DNA of 64,000 bases. Origin: Eledone cirrhosa. Its lineage: Eukaryota. Position 1 is the first letter of the stretch; the number at the start of each line of letters is the position of its first letter. A program made the translations under genes and the position numbers. The stretch lies in the NCBI GenBank assembly GCA_964016885.1, contig OZ024743.1, positions 344,782,001-344,846,000 of the forward strand, in the 5' to 3' direction. The notes beneath the pieces are model-generated. The model was not told where the DNA came from. It saw only the letters and a list, made by a program, of their open reading frames with translations, and did no database searches. This document shows positions 26,087 to 36,208 of this stretch, one piece after another.

Positions 26087-29000
26087 ATGGCTATGCTAAG
26101 AGTAGGCTGTTTAAATGCGCGTGGCCTGGGCTCAACTTGGAAGCAAGCAATGCTTCTAAATGACCTCAGGTCACAACGTATAGATGTGATGGTTATTTGC
26201 GAGGCCCGGATCAGCAACGTGCGACAGCTGGCCCCCACCTTTGATGAATTTGAGATGCACGCATCTCTCTGTCAGCCCGGAGGTGGGGGTGGAGTTGTCG
26301 TTCTGCTGCAAAAACATCTGGGTCTCGCAACACAGATGGTACATTTGGACCCGGAGGGTCGACTAGTGGTTCTGGACCTTGGCAGTGGTAAAGGCGGAGC
26401 GTTTAGGTTGGTAGCCGCCTACGGCCCTTTCGGGTCAATGCGGCCGGACTTCTTCCATCGTCTGGAGACTTTTCTAGGGACGTCCCGCTCCTTGCTATTA
26501 GTGGGGGACTGGAATGGTATCCTAGATGCACGCTGGGACTACGTAGGGGCCTGCCCCGATAGAGAGGGGTGTAATAGCCTCAAAGGGTTAATCGGTCGAT
26601 TTGACCTGGCCGATAGATATCGACTAGATTTTCCGACTGCGCCAACCTGGACTTGGGCAAATCGTAGCGGATCATCTAGGTCGTACCTAGATAGGTTCTT
26701 AGTTAGAATTAAGGATAAGGACTTTTTAAGTTGTCCAAAAATGCGCATGGTTGGCTATTCAGACCACAAATTAGTGACCTGCATGGTCAACCTTGACAGA
26801 ACTCATAGACAGGGCCCCGGTTACTGGAAGCTCAACTTGTCCTTGCCGGCAAGTAGAGCCTACAGGAATCGGATTAGTACTTTAGTTAAGGAACGGTTGA
26901 CTGGAGCGATCGTCAACAGCAGGTGGTGGGTATCTCTAAAGAGAGAGATTAGAGTAGTCTCGATAGAATTTAGTAAGGTTCTAGCTGCGGATAGGAATAG
27001 GAAGGAAAGGGAGCTAATAGATAGAGTAGAAGAGGCAATTAGAAGCGGCGACGTGGCCAGAGTGCTAGCGTCGAGAACGGCTTTGAGCCAGTTTTTCGAC
27101 GCGAAGCACGAAGGCTGCGTTGTCCGAAGTAAAATACGTGCTCTAGGGAACGAGGGGACCAAAGCTGTTAGCTGGGCCCGCGTGACAGAGGCCAACAGTG
27201 GAACTAAATCCACCATCCGGTCTTTGCGAGACCTGGATGGACGGGCGATTCTTGAGCCTAAGCAGATGTGTGAGGCCTTTCAAAGGCACTTTGCCCGACT
27301 GTTCGGGAGGGGCGGGGAGCCGGTTGGGAACGTGGACTTCGGTCCATACCTCGACGGCCTGCCGCGCCTCTCGGACAGGGAGGCGAAGTCCTGCGAGGAG
27401 CCGATTTCGGCCGCTGAGATAGAGGACGTGCTGAGCCAATGCGGCAAACGCAAATCCCCGGGTCTCGATGGTCTTCCTTACGAATTATATCTAGCTATGC
27501 CGGACTTGTTCCCCGATCTCCTCGAGGCGGTCTACTGCAACTGGCAACAGAACGGGAGAATTCCCTGTACTGTGACCAAGGGCGTAGTCACGCTAGTGAG
27601 GAAGGACGAGAACAAGGGGGACGAAATAAGTAACTTCAGGCCCATAACACTGCTAAATACAGAGTTACAGATTTTGGCCAAGGTGCTAGCAAAGAGGTTG
27701 GCGCTTGTCGTGGGCAACCTGGTGGGAGATGCGCAGACATGCGCTATCCCGTCCAGGTCCATCCATGACAACCTCCACCTCATGCGATACATCATAGAGA
27801 GGGTTGGGAACGAACCCGGCTTTGGTGGGGCTCTGATCAACTTGGATCAATCTAAGGCGTTCGATAGGGTCGACCATGGTTACCTGGATGCGGTGCTAGC
27901 GGCGGCAGGCTTCGGACCCGTTTTCAGGGGCTGGATCACTGCTATGCACAGCAGCCGCATCTGCTCTAGGGTCAAGGTGAACGGCTACCTCTCGGAGCCG
28001 TTCAAAATCGCGCGGTCCATCCGACAAGGGTGCCCTCTCTCCTCCCTTCTGTATGTGTTGACTCTCGAGCCACTACTGCGGAAGTTGGAGTTGTTGCAGG
28101 GCATCCCTTTGGAACCGGGATTGCGGAAAGCGGTGTCGGCCTACGCCGATGACGTGACAGTAATGGTGTCGACGGCCTCCGAAATCGAGGCGGTCGGCAC
28201 CTTACTGGAGGAGTACGAAAAGTTCACAGGGGCTAAGCTGAACCGGGACAAGTCGATCGGTTTGCAACTCGGCACGTGGAGGGGCAGACCGATGCCCTCT
28301 GATAGCGTCGTCGGACGCTGGACGGAGGGCCCGGTGAAGTTGCTCGGTGTCTGGTTCGGACCGGACCTCCAGGTGGAGAAAAACTGGGCGGAGGTTACGA
28401 ACAGGGTGTTTGCACTGACCCAGAAGTGGGCCAGTTGCAAACTATCCCTGAAAGGTCGGGCGGAGGTGGCGAACACCTACATAGCGTCCGTCATCTACTA
28501 CCGCCTGACCGTAGTGCCCTGCCCAAGGGAAACCCTCACCAAGATGGAGCGCGCGCTCTTCCAATTCCTTTGGAAGAGGCGGGCTCCTATGGTGAGGAGA
28601 TCCATCTGCTGTCAACACCCTTCGAAAGGAGGGCTGGGGATGCCGTGGCTAATGATGCGTAAACACGCATTAAGGCTACGGCACCTCTACGTATTCCTCA
28701 CCGGACAACCGGTGTGGGCCTCGTTTGTGAGACGAACCTTTCCCAGACTCGTCTCACTCACCGAGCTGCAATCCTGGGTCAAGCAAAGACCGAGAAAACT
28801 GGGCGCCTGGCACACTGAGTGTGCCCAGGCGCTCACCGCCCTCTGGCAGGCGGATCCGGTTATCAGTGGAGACTCCACCGCAACATTCTATAGAGGGCTG
28901 GTACGCAGCAGGTGCGACGACCCCCTCGGAGAAGCCCTAGACATGGAGGAGGACGAACTGGCCAGCCTGTTCGGTAGGACATTCAGCCCGGGACCTATGG

Positions 29001-29524
29001 ACAACTTCCAGAAGTCCCTGGCCTGGCAGTGCTACCGAGGGGCTTTACCCGTTCGAGAAAGGCTCTACAGACACGGGCGCCCGGGTAGGGACCCCGCCAA
29101 AAAGATCTGTCCCAGATGCGTGTGCGACGAGGAAACCGTTGCACACGCATTAGTACACTGCTCGGGCGTAGCCGATCTGTGGGGCTATGTCGAACAACTG
29201 CTGTCAAGGGTGGGACCGATCCGGTTGACCACCGAGTCTATTGTAATGATCAAGCCGCCTCCCCCCTTCAAAGATGAAGCAGAGGCGGTGTTTCTGTGCG
29301 TAATAGCCATGGCGAAAGAGGTTGTATGGTGGACGCGTCTGAAAGGACTGAGGTCGGGCACCTTTCTCTCTGGCCAACAACTGGTCCGTTTCTTCCGATA
29401 TCATTTCGGAAGAAGGATCAGGATGGAGAGAGAGGTGCTGCACCCCAGCCGTTTCTATGAAAGATGGGTGAAAGTGGCGAGAATGGCCCGTGTGAATGGG
29501 CCTTCACTCTACATCAGACTATAG
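26087..29524 (+). CDS. ORF2: APE-like endonuclease, reverse transcriptase and C-terminal zinc knuckle (1145 aa from first ATG)
   Basis: LNARGL, ICE, AAYGP, GDWN, YLDR, SDH (EN); KSPGLDG, FRPITLLN, DQSKAFDRV, RQGCPLS, YADD (RT); CPRC...ETVAHALVHC. Confidence 0.97.
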   Translation: MAMLRVGCLNARGLGSTWKQAMLLNDLRSQRIDVMVICEARISNVRQLAPTFDEFEMHASLCQPGGGGGVVVLLQKHLGLATQMVHLDPEGRLVVLDLGSGKGGAFRLVAAYGPFGSMRPDFFHRLETFLGTSRSLLLVGDWNGILDARWDYVGACPDREGCNSLKGLIGRFDLADRYRLDFPTAPTWTWANRSGSSRSYLDRFLVRIKDKDFLSCPKMRMVGYSDHKLVTCMVNLDRTHRQGPGYWKLNLSLPASRAYRNRISTLVKERLTGAIVNSRWWVSLKREIRVVSIEFSKVLAADRNRKERELIDRVEEAIRSGDVARVLASRTALSQFFDAKHEGCVVRSKIRALGNEGTKAVSWARVTEANSGTKSTIRSLRDLDGRAILEPKQMCEAFQRHFARLFGRGGEPVGNVDFGPYLDGLPRLSDREAKSCEEPISAAEIEDVLSQCGKRKSPGLDGLPYELYLAMPDLFPDLLEAVYCNWQQNGRIPCTVTKGVVTLVRKDENKGDEISNFRPITLLNTELQILAKVLAKRLALVVGNLVGDAQTCAIPSRSIHDNLHLMRYIIERVGNEPGFGGALINLDQSKAFDRVDHGYLDAVLAAAGFGPVFRGWITAMHSSRICSRVKVNGYLSEPFKIARSIRQGCPLSSLLYVLTLEPLLRKLELLQGIPLEPGLRKAVSAYADDVTVMVSTASEIEAVGTLLEEYEKFTGAKLNRDKSIGLQLGTWRGRPMPSDSVVGRWTEGPVKLLGVWFGPDLQVEKNWAEVTNRVFALTQKWASCKLSLKGRAEVANTYIASVIYYRLTVVPCPRETLTKMERALFQFLWKRRAPMVRRSICCQHPSKGGLGMPWLMMRKHALRLRHLYVFLTGQPVWASFVRRTFPRLVSLTELQSWVKQRPRKLGAWHTECAQALTALWQADPVISGDSTATFYRGLVRSRCDDPLGEALDMEEDELASLFGRTFSPGPMDNFQKSLAWQCYRGALPVRERLYRHGRPGRDPAKKICPRCVCDEETVAHALVHCSGVADLWGYVEQLLSRVGPIRLTTESIVMIKPPPPFKDEAEAVFLCVIAMAKEVVWWTRLKGLRSGTFLSGQQLVRFFRYHFGRRIRMEREVLHPSRFYERWVKVARMARVNGPSLYIRL

Positions 29525-29797
29525 GTGAGGAAGATGAAAGACCAAGGGAGCACCCCTTCTCTGTGCTCCTGAGGAGAAGGGTTGCACACTTTTTTCGGGG
29601 GTGTGTGCGACCCCCCCAAGGCGCCTCCTCTCTATTGAGGATTTTGTTAAAAATTTTATTTTTTGTTATATCTTATTTTATTTTTATATTTTGTTATTGC
29701 CTCCTCCTTATTGAGGACGCCTTTTTGTGTAAACTCCCCCCTTTGTGCTTGTCCCACTTTTGATGCCCTAGTGGCAAATAAAAGAAATATATCTATC

Positions 29798-29888
<91 letters not shown>

Positions 29889-30144
29889 ATCAGCCTGTAG
29901 GTTGAGGAAAAGGAGGCGGAGAGGAAGGAAGTACAAACTCTTCGTACTCCTGGAGATGAGGGTTGCACATTTTTTCGGGGGTATGTGTTACCCATACGTA
30001 ATGTCTCCCCCTATTGGGGAAAATCGACTAATTTTTAAATTACATTTGTGATAATATTTTACACGTTTTTATTGTATGTAAACTTCCCCCTTTGTATTTG
30101 TCCCCTTCTTTTGTGCCCCTGTGGCTAATAAAGAAACATATATG

Positions 30145-30215
<71 letters not shown>

Positions 30216-30229
30216 CTACGTATCTATCT
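29889..30229 (+). mobile_element. 3' end of a sister Tx1 family, with (ATCT)n tail
   Basis: cagcctgtag, then a diverged 3'UTR with the same hairpin layout, ending gcccctgtggctaataaagaaaca + (TATC)n. Confidence 0.85.
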
Positions 30230-33200
30230 CTGGGATGGACACACGCGTATAACTTGCTGAGTAAGTTCTGTTTAAATTTCTATAGAAATTCTTGTCTGAT
30301 AACTTTAATTTTTGTACCATTTTGTAGAGGGACTGCCAGGTCAAACTTTGATCTGGTCAGTCTCTCAAAATATTCTACGCCTTTAGGCGAAATAGTTAAA
30401 AAAAAAGTTTTTTCTTGTTGAAAAGTCAATACTTTTTTTAAATGGCCGAAGCTTCTTCACCAAAATTCGAAGGAGGAAAGGGGAAGATGAACTTACAGCT
30501 TCCCCCTGCCACTGTCACAGTAGCAGAGGTCAAGAAGATAGGTCAGCCAGAGGAAGAATTCTCTCCACCTGTTAACCGACAACTTGACGTTGCCATGGCA
30601 ACAACCCAAAGAACCAGCAGCAACAGCAACAACAACAACAATGCGACGGACGAAAGCAACACCAATAACAATAACAATAACAGCAACAAGACCAATAACG
30701 GTGACAACAACAACAATGATAACAACAACACCACCAACGACAACAACAACACAAACAAACAAAATTTCTCCTTCGCCGAGACGACAAGGAAAACCCTCGA
30801 CTATCTGCCAGTAGATATAACAAAAGCGAAGGAGCTACTGGCGGATGCGAAAAAATATATAGTGTACGGAGAAAATGGTTCATTCACAATCCATTCCCCC
30901 CTCGGAACTAAAAAGCCAGAGACTCCTAAACACGGTCATGTTTAGGACAATCTCGAACAAAAGTAAAAAACCAGCTCAACCATCACAGAGCGAGATAGAG
31001 CTGGTTTTAAAAGACGTCATGAAGGACATCACCTTCATTCAGAAGGATAGACTCTACGGGAGTCTATCCATTCTCATGAAGGACAGGGACACAGCAGTGA
31101 AACTGTCCATCAAACCAATCACATCCACCGCATACACCTTCTACCCTACGTACATGGGTAGAAGAACACAAAAAATAAAAATCCACACCATCCTGTCGAT
31201 TATGGACATATGGTGGGTTTTGACAGGTTTTCTGGACCTGGAGGATGACATGCTGGTGTCCATGGGAAAGGCATCGGGTGACGCGTTCAGTGGAACGAGC
31301 CTCGAACTTGTAGTTCAAATGAGGCCCGAAAGGATCGCCCAGATCCCTGAACGCGTCATACTGGATGATCTAACCTTCATCAACATTACCGTTGAGGGTA
31401 GACGGCCCTCGTGTTACCTCTGCGGAACCAGAGGTCACCTGAGGGCTGTCTGTCCCCAACTTAATAAGAAAACCCCAATCCTGCCTACACCACCAACAAC
31501 TGCACAACCAACACAATCACCACAACTACCACTACAAAAACAACCACCACAGCTCAAACCAAAACAAAACAATGTCCAACCCATCCCCTCCACTCAAAAA
31601 ACAAAACAATTTCCAAAACACCCGTACCGCAAACACAACCCGAAAATATACCCCTTCCCTCCAACGCGGAAGATGACCCTAGTTCGTCGTCAGACGAGGA
31701 GGAGCACTTCCACACAATCAAAAAAAAAAAAAAGAAAACACACCTCAGACACACAAATGAAAAAAACCCATCCCCAAAACATAACACTGACACCAACACA
31801 AAAGAGCTCACAACAGCAAACAAAAAACACCACACAAAAACAAAAACATGCATACACATACATAAATACAAGAAACAAAAAACTGTTAAACATTGTGTAC
31901 AACAACAATCTAATAAAAACACAAGGGCCTAACTTCACCCAGGCAGGGGATTTCCCCCACCTCAAAATGATTAAGGCCCCACAGGACACCTATAAAACTT
32001 TAAAAAACAATTTTAAAGAGGACGTGGGTCCCCCCTGCGTCGGGCCCATTAACCGCGTCCTCCTAAAAAACTATCCCACCCCCTCCCCAAACACCCTCAC
32101 AACTCCAAGCTCCCCAACCACACAACACACTGATGCCCCCACACTTCCACAAACCACCACCCCACCCAACAACCCATCCCCCACCCTAATGGAAATTGTG
32201 CATCCCGATACCCGGGACGCAGAGAGGTAAGTGCCTTTTCTCTTCACCACCAACATGGCTATGCTAAGAGTAGGCTGTTTAAATGCGCGTGGCCTGGGCT
32301 CAACTTGGAAGCAAGCAATGCTTCTAAATGACCTCAGGTCACAACGTATAGATGTGATGGTTATTTGCGAGGCCCGGATCAGCAACGTGCGACAGCTGGC
32401 CCCCACCTTTGATGACTTTGAGATGCACGCATCTCTCTGTCAGCCCGGAGGTGGGGGTGGAGTTGTCGTTCTGCTGCAAAAACATCTGGGTCTCGCAACA
32501 CAGATGGTACATTTGGACCCGGAGGGTCGACTAGTGGTTCTGGACCTTGGCAGTGGTAAAGGCGGAGCGTTTAGGTTGGTAGCCGCCTACGGCCCTTTCG
32601 GGTCAATGCGGCCGGACTTCTTCCATCGTCTGGAGACTTTTCTAGGGACGTCCCGCTCCTTGCTATTAGTGGGGGACTGGAATGGTATCCTAGATGCACG
32701 CTGGGACTACGTAGGGGCCTGCCCCGATAGAGAGGGGTGTAATAGCCTCAAAAGGTTAATCGGTCGATTTGACCTGGCCGATAGATATCGACTAGATTTT
32801 CCGACTGCGCCAACCTGGACTTGGGCAAATCGTAGCGGATCATCTAGGTCGTACCTAGATAGGTTCTTAGTTAGAATTAAGGATAAGGACTTTTTAAGTT
32901 GTCCAAAAATGCGCATTGTTGGCTATTCAGACCACAAATTAGTGACCTGCATGGTCAACCTTGACAGAACTCATAGACAGGGCCCCGGTTACTGGAAGCT
33001 CAACTTGTCCTTGCCGGCAAGTAGAGCCTACAGGAATCGGATTAGTACGTTAGTTAAGGAACGGTTGACTGGAGCGATCGTCAACAGCAGGTGGTGGGTA
33101 TCTCTAAAGAGAGAGATTAGAGTAGTCTCGATAGAATTTAGTAAGGTTCTAGCTGCGGATAGGAATAGGAAGGAAAGGGAGCTAATAGATAGAGTAGAAG

Positions 33201-35915
33201 AGGCAATTAGAAGCGGCGACGTGGCCAGAGTGCTAGCGTCGAGAACGGCTTTGAGCCAGTTTTTCGACGCGAAGCACGAAGGCTGCGTTGTCCGAAGTAA
33301 AATACGTGCTCTAGGGAACGAGGGGACCAAAGCTGTTAGCTGGGCCCGCGTGACAGAGGCCAACAGTGGAACTAAATCCACCATCCGGTCTTTGCGAGAC
33401 CTGGATGGACGGGCGATTCTTGAGCCTAAGCAGATGTGTGAGGCCTTTCAAAGGCACTTTGCCCGACTGTTCGGGAGGGGCGGGGAGCCGGTTGGGAACG
33501 TGGACTTCGGTCCATACCTCGACGGCCTGCCGCGCCTCTCGGACAGGGAGGCGAAGTCCTGCGAGGAGCCGATTTCGGCCGCTGAGATAGAGGACGTGCT
33601 GAGCCAATGCGGCAAACGCAAATCCCCGGGTCTCGATGGTCTTCCTTACGAATTATATCTAGCTATGCCGGACTTGTTCCCCGATCTCCTCGAGGCGGTC
33701 TACTGCAACTGGCAACAGAACGGGAGAATTCCCTGTACTGTGACCAAGGGCGTAGTCACGCTAGTGAGGAAGGACGAGAACAAGGGGGACGAAATAAGTA
33801 ACTTCAGGCCCATAACACTGCTAAATACAGAGTTACAGATTTTGGCCAAGGTGCTAGCAAAGAGGTTGGCGCTTGTCGTGGGCAACCTGGTGGGAGATGC
33901 GCAGACATGCGCTATCCCGTCCAGGTCCATCCATGACAACCTCCACCTCATGCGATACATCATAGAGAGGGTTGGGAACGAACCCGGCTTTGGTGGGGCT
34001 CTGATCAACTTGGATCAATCTAAGGCGTTCGATAGGGTCGACCATGGTTACCTGGATGCGGTGCTAGCGGCGGCAGGCTTCGGACCCGTTTTCAGGGGCT
34101 GGATCACTGCTATGCACAGCAGCCGCATCTGCTCTAGGGTCAAGGTGAACGGCTACCTCTCGGAGCCGTTCAAAATCGCGCGGTCCATCCGACAAGGGTG
34201 CCCTCTCTCCTCCCTTCTGTATGTGTTGACTCTTGAGCCACTACTGCGGAAGTTGGAGTTGTTGCAGGGCATCCCTTTGGAACCGGGATTGCGGAAAGCG
34301 GTGTCGGCCTACGCCGATGACGTGACAGTAATGGTGTCGACGGCCTCCGAAATCGAGGCGGTCGGCACCTTACTGGAGGAGTACGAAAAGTTCACAAGGG
34401 CTAAGCTGAACCGGGACAAGTCGATCGGTTTGCAACTCGGCACGTGGAGGGGCAGACCGATGCCCTCAGATAGCGTCGTCGGACGCTGGACGGAGGGCCC
34501 GGTGAAGTTGCTCGGGGTCTGGTTCGGACCGGACCTCCAGGTGGAGAAAAACTGGGCGGAGGTTACGAACAGGGTGTTTGCACTGACCCAGAAGTGGGCC
34601 AGTTGCAAACTATCCCTGAAAGGTCGGGCGGAGGTGGCGAACACCTACATAGCGTCCGTCATCTACTACCGCCTGACCGTAGTGCCCTGCCCAAGGGAAA
34701 CCCTCACCAAGATGGAGCGCGCGCTCTTCCAATTCCTTTGGAAGAGGCGGGCTCCTATGGTGAGGAGATCCATCTGCTGTCAACACCCTTCGAAAGGAGG
34801 GCTGGGGATGCCGTGGCTAATGATGCGTAAACACGCATTAAGGCTACGGCACCTCTACGTATTCCTCACCGGACAACCGGTGTGGGCCTCGTTTGTGAGA
34901 CGAACCTTTCCCAGACTCGTCTCACTCACCGAGCTGCAATCCTGGGTCAAGCAAAGACCGAGAAAACCTCTGGCAGGCGGATCCGGTTATCAGTGGAGAC
35001 TCCACCGCAACATTCTATAGAGGGCTGGTACGTAGCAGGTGCGACGACGCCCTCGGAGAAGCCCTAGACATGGAGGAGGACGAACTGGCCAGCCTGTTCG
35101 GTAGGACATTCAGCCCGGGACCTATGGACAACTTCCAGAAGTCCCTGGCCTGGCAGTGCTACCGAGGGGCTTTACCCGTTCGAGAAAGGCTCTACAGACA
35201 CGGGCGCCCGGGTAGGGACCCCGCCAAAAAGATCTGTCCCAGATGCGTGTGCGACGAGGAAACCGTTGCACACGCATTAGTACACTGCTCGGGCGTAGCC
35301 GATCTGTGGGGCTATGTCGAACAACTGCTGTCAAGGGAGGGACCGATCCGGTTGACCACCGAGTCTATTGTAATGATCAAGCCGCCTCCCCCCTTCAAAG
35401 ATGAAGCAGAGGCGGTGTTTCTGTGCGTAATAGCCATGGCGAAAGAGGTTGTATGGTGGACGCGTCTGAAAGGACTGAGGTCGGGCACCTTTCTCTCTGG
35501 CCAACAACTGGTCCGTTTCTTCCGATATCATTTCGGAAGAAGGATCAGGATGGAGAGAGAGGTGCTGCACCCCAGCCGTTTCTATGAAAGATGGGTGAAA
35601 GTGGCGAGAATGGCCCGTGTGAATGGGCCTTCACTCTACATCAGACTATAGGTGAGGAAGATGAAAGACCAAGGGAGCACCCCTTCTCTGTGCTCCTGAG
35701 GAGAAGGGTTGCACACTTTTTTCGGGGGTGTGTGCGACCCCCCAAGGCGCCTCCTCTCTATTGAGGATTTTGTTAAAAATTTTATTTTTTGTTATATCTT
35801 ATTTTATTTTTATATTTTGTTATTGCCTTCTCCTTATTGAGGACGCCTTTTTGTGTAAACTCCCCCCTTTGTACTTGTCCCACTTTTGATGCCCTAGTGG
35901 CAAATAAAAGAAATA

Positions 35916-35988
<73 letters not shown>
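30230..35988 (+). mobile_element. L1/Tx1 LINE copy B (full length; ORF1 frameshifted, 41-bp deletion in ORF2)
   Basis: Near-identical to copy A; the offset to A changes from 6168 to 6127 at ~34967; (ATCT)n tail. Confidence 0.97.
32255..35651 (+). pseudogene. ORF2 of copy B, frameshifted after the RT domain
   Basis: ORFs 32231-35020 and 35070-35651. Confidence 0.92.
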
Positions 35989-36208
35989 CTGGGATGGACA
36001 CACGCGTATAACTTGCTGAGTAAGTTCTGTTTAAATTTCTACAGAAATTCTTTTCTGATAACTTTAATTTTTGTACCATTTTGTAGAGGGACTGCCAGGT
36101 CAAACTTTGATCTGGTTAGTCTCTCAAAATATTCTACGCCTTTAGGCGAAATAGTTAAACAAAAAAAAAAAAAAGTTTTTTCTTGTTGAAAAGTCAATAT
36201 TCTTTTAA

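Larger units (their letters stand above)
24065..29888 (+). mobile_element. L1/Tx1-clade LINE copy A (full length; ORF1 frameshifted, ORF2 intact), (ATCT)n tail
   Basis: 5' end ctgggatggacacacgcg is identical in three copies; two ORFs; structured 3'UTR; AATAAA followed by (ATCT)n. Confidence 0.97.

Noticed and set aside
25903-29443. Antisense and alternate-frame ORFs repeated in each LINE copy
   Set aside because: Short shadows of the GC-rich ORF2; they recur only because the copies are nearly identical.
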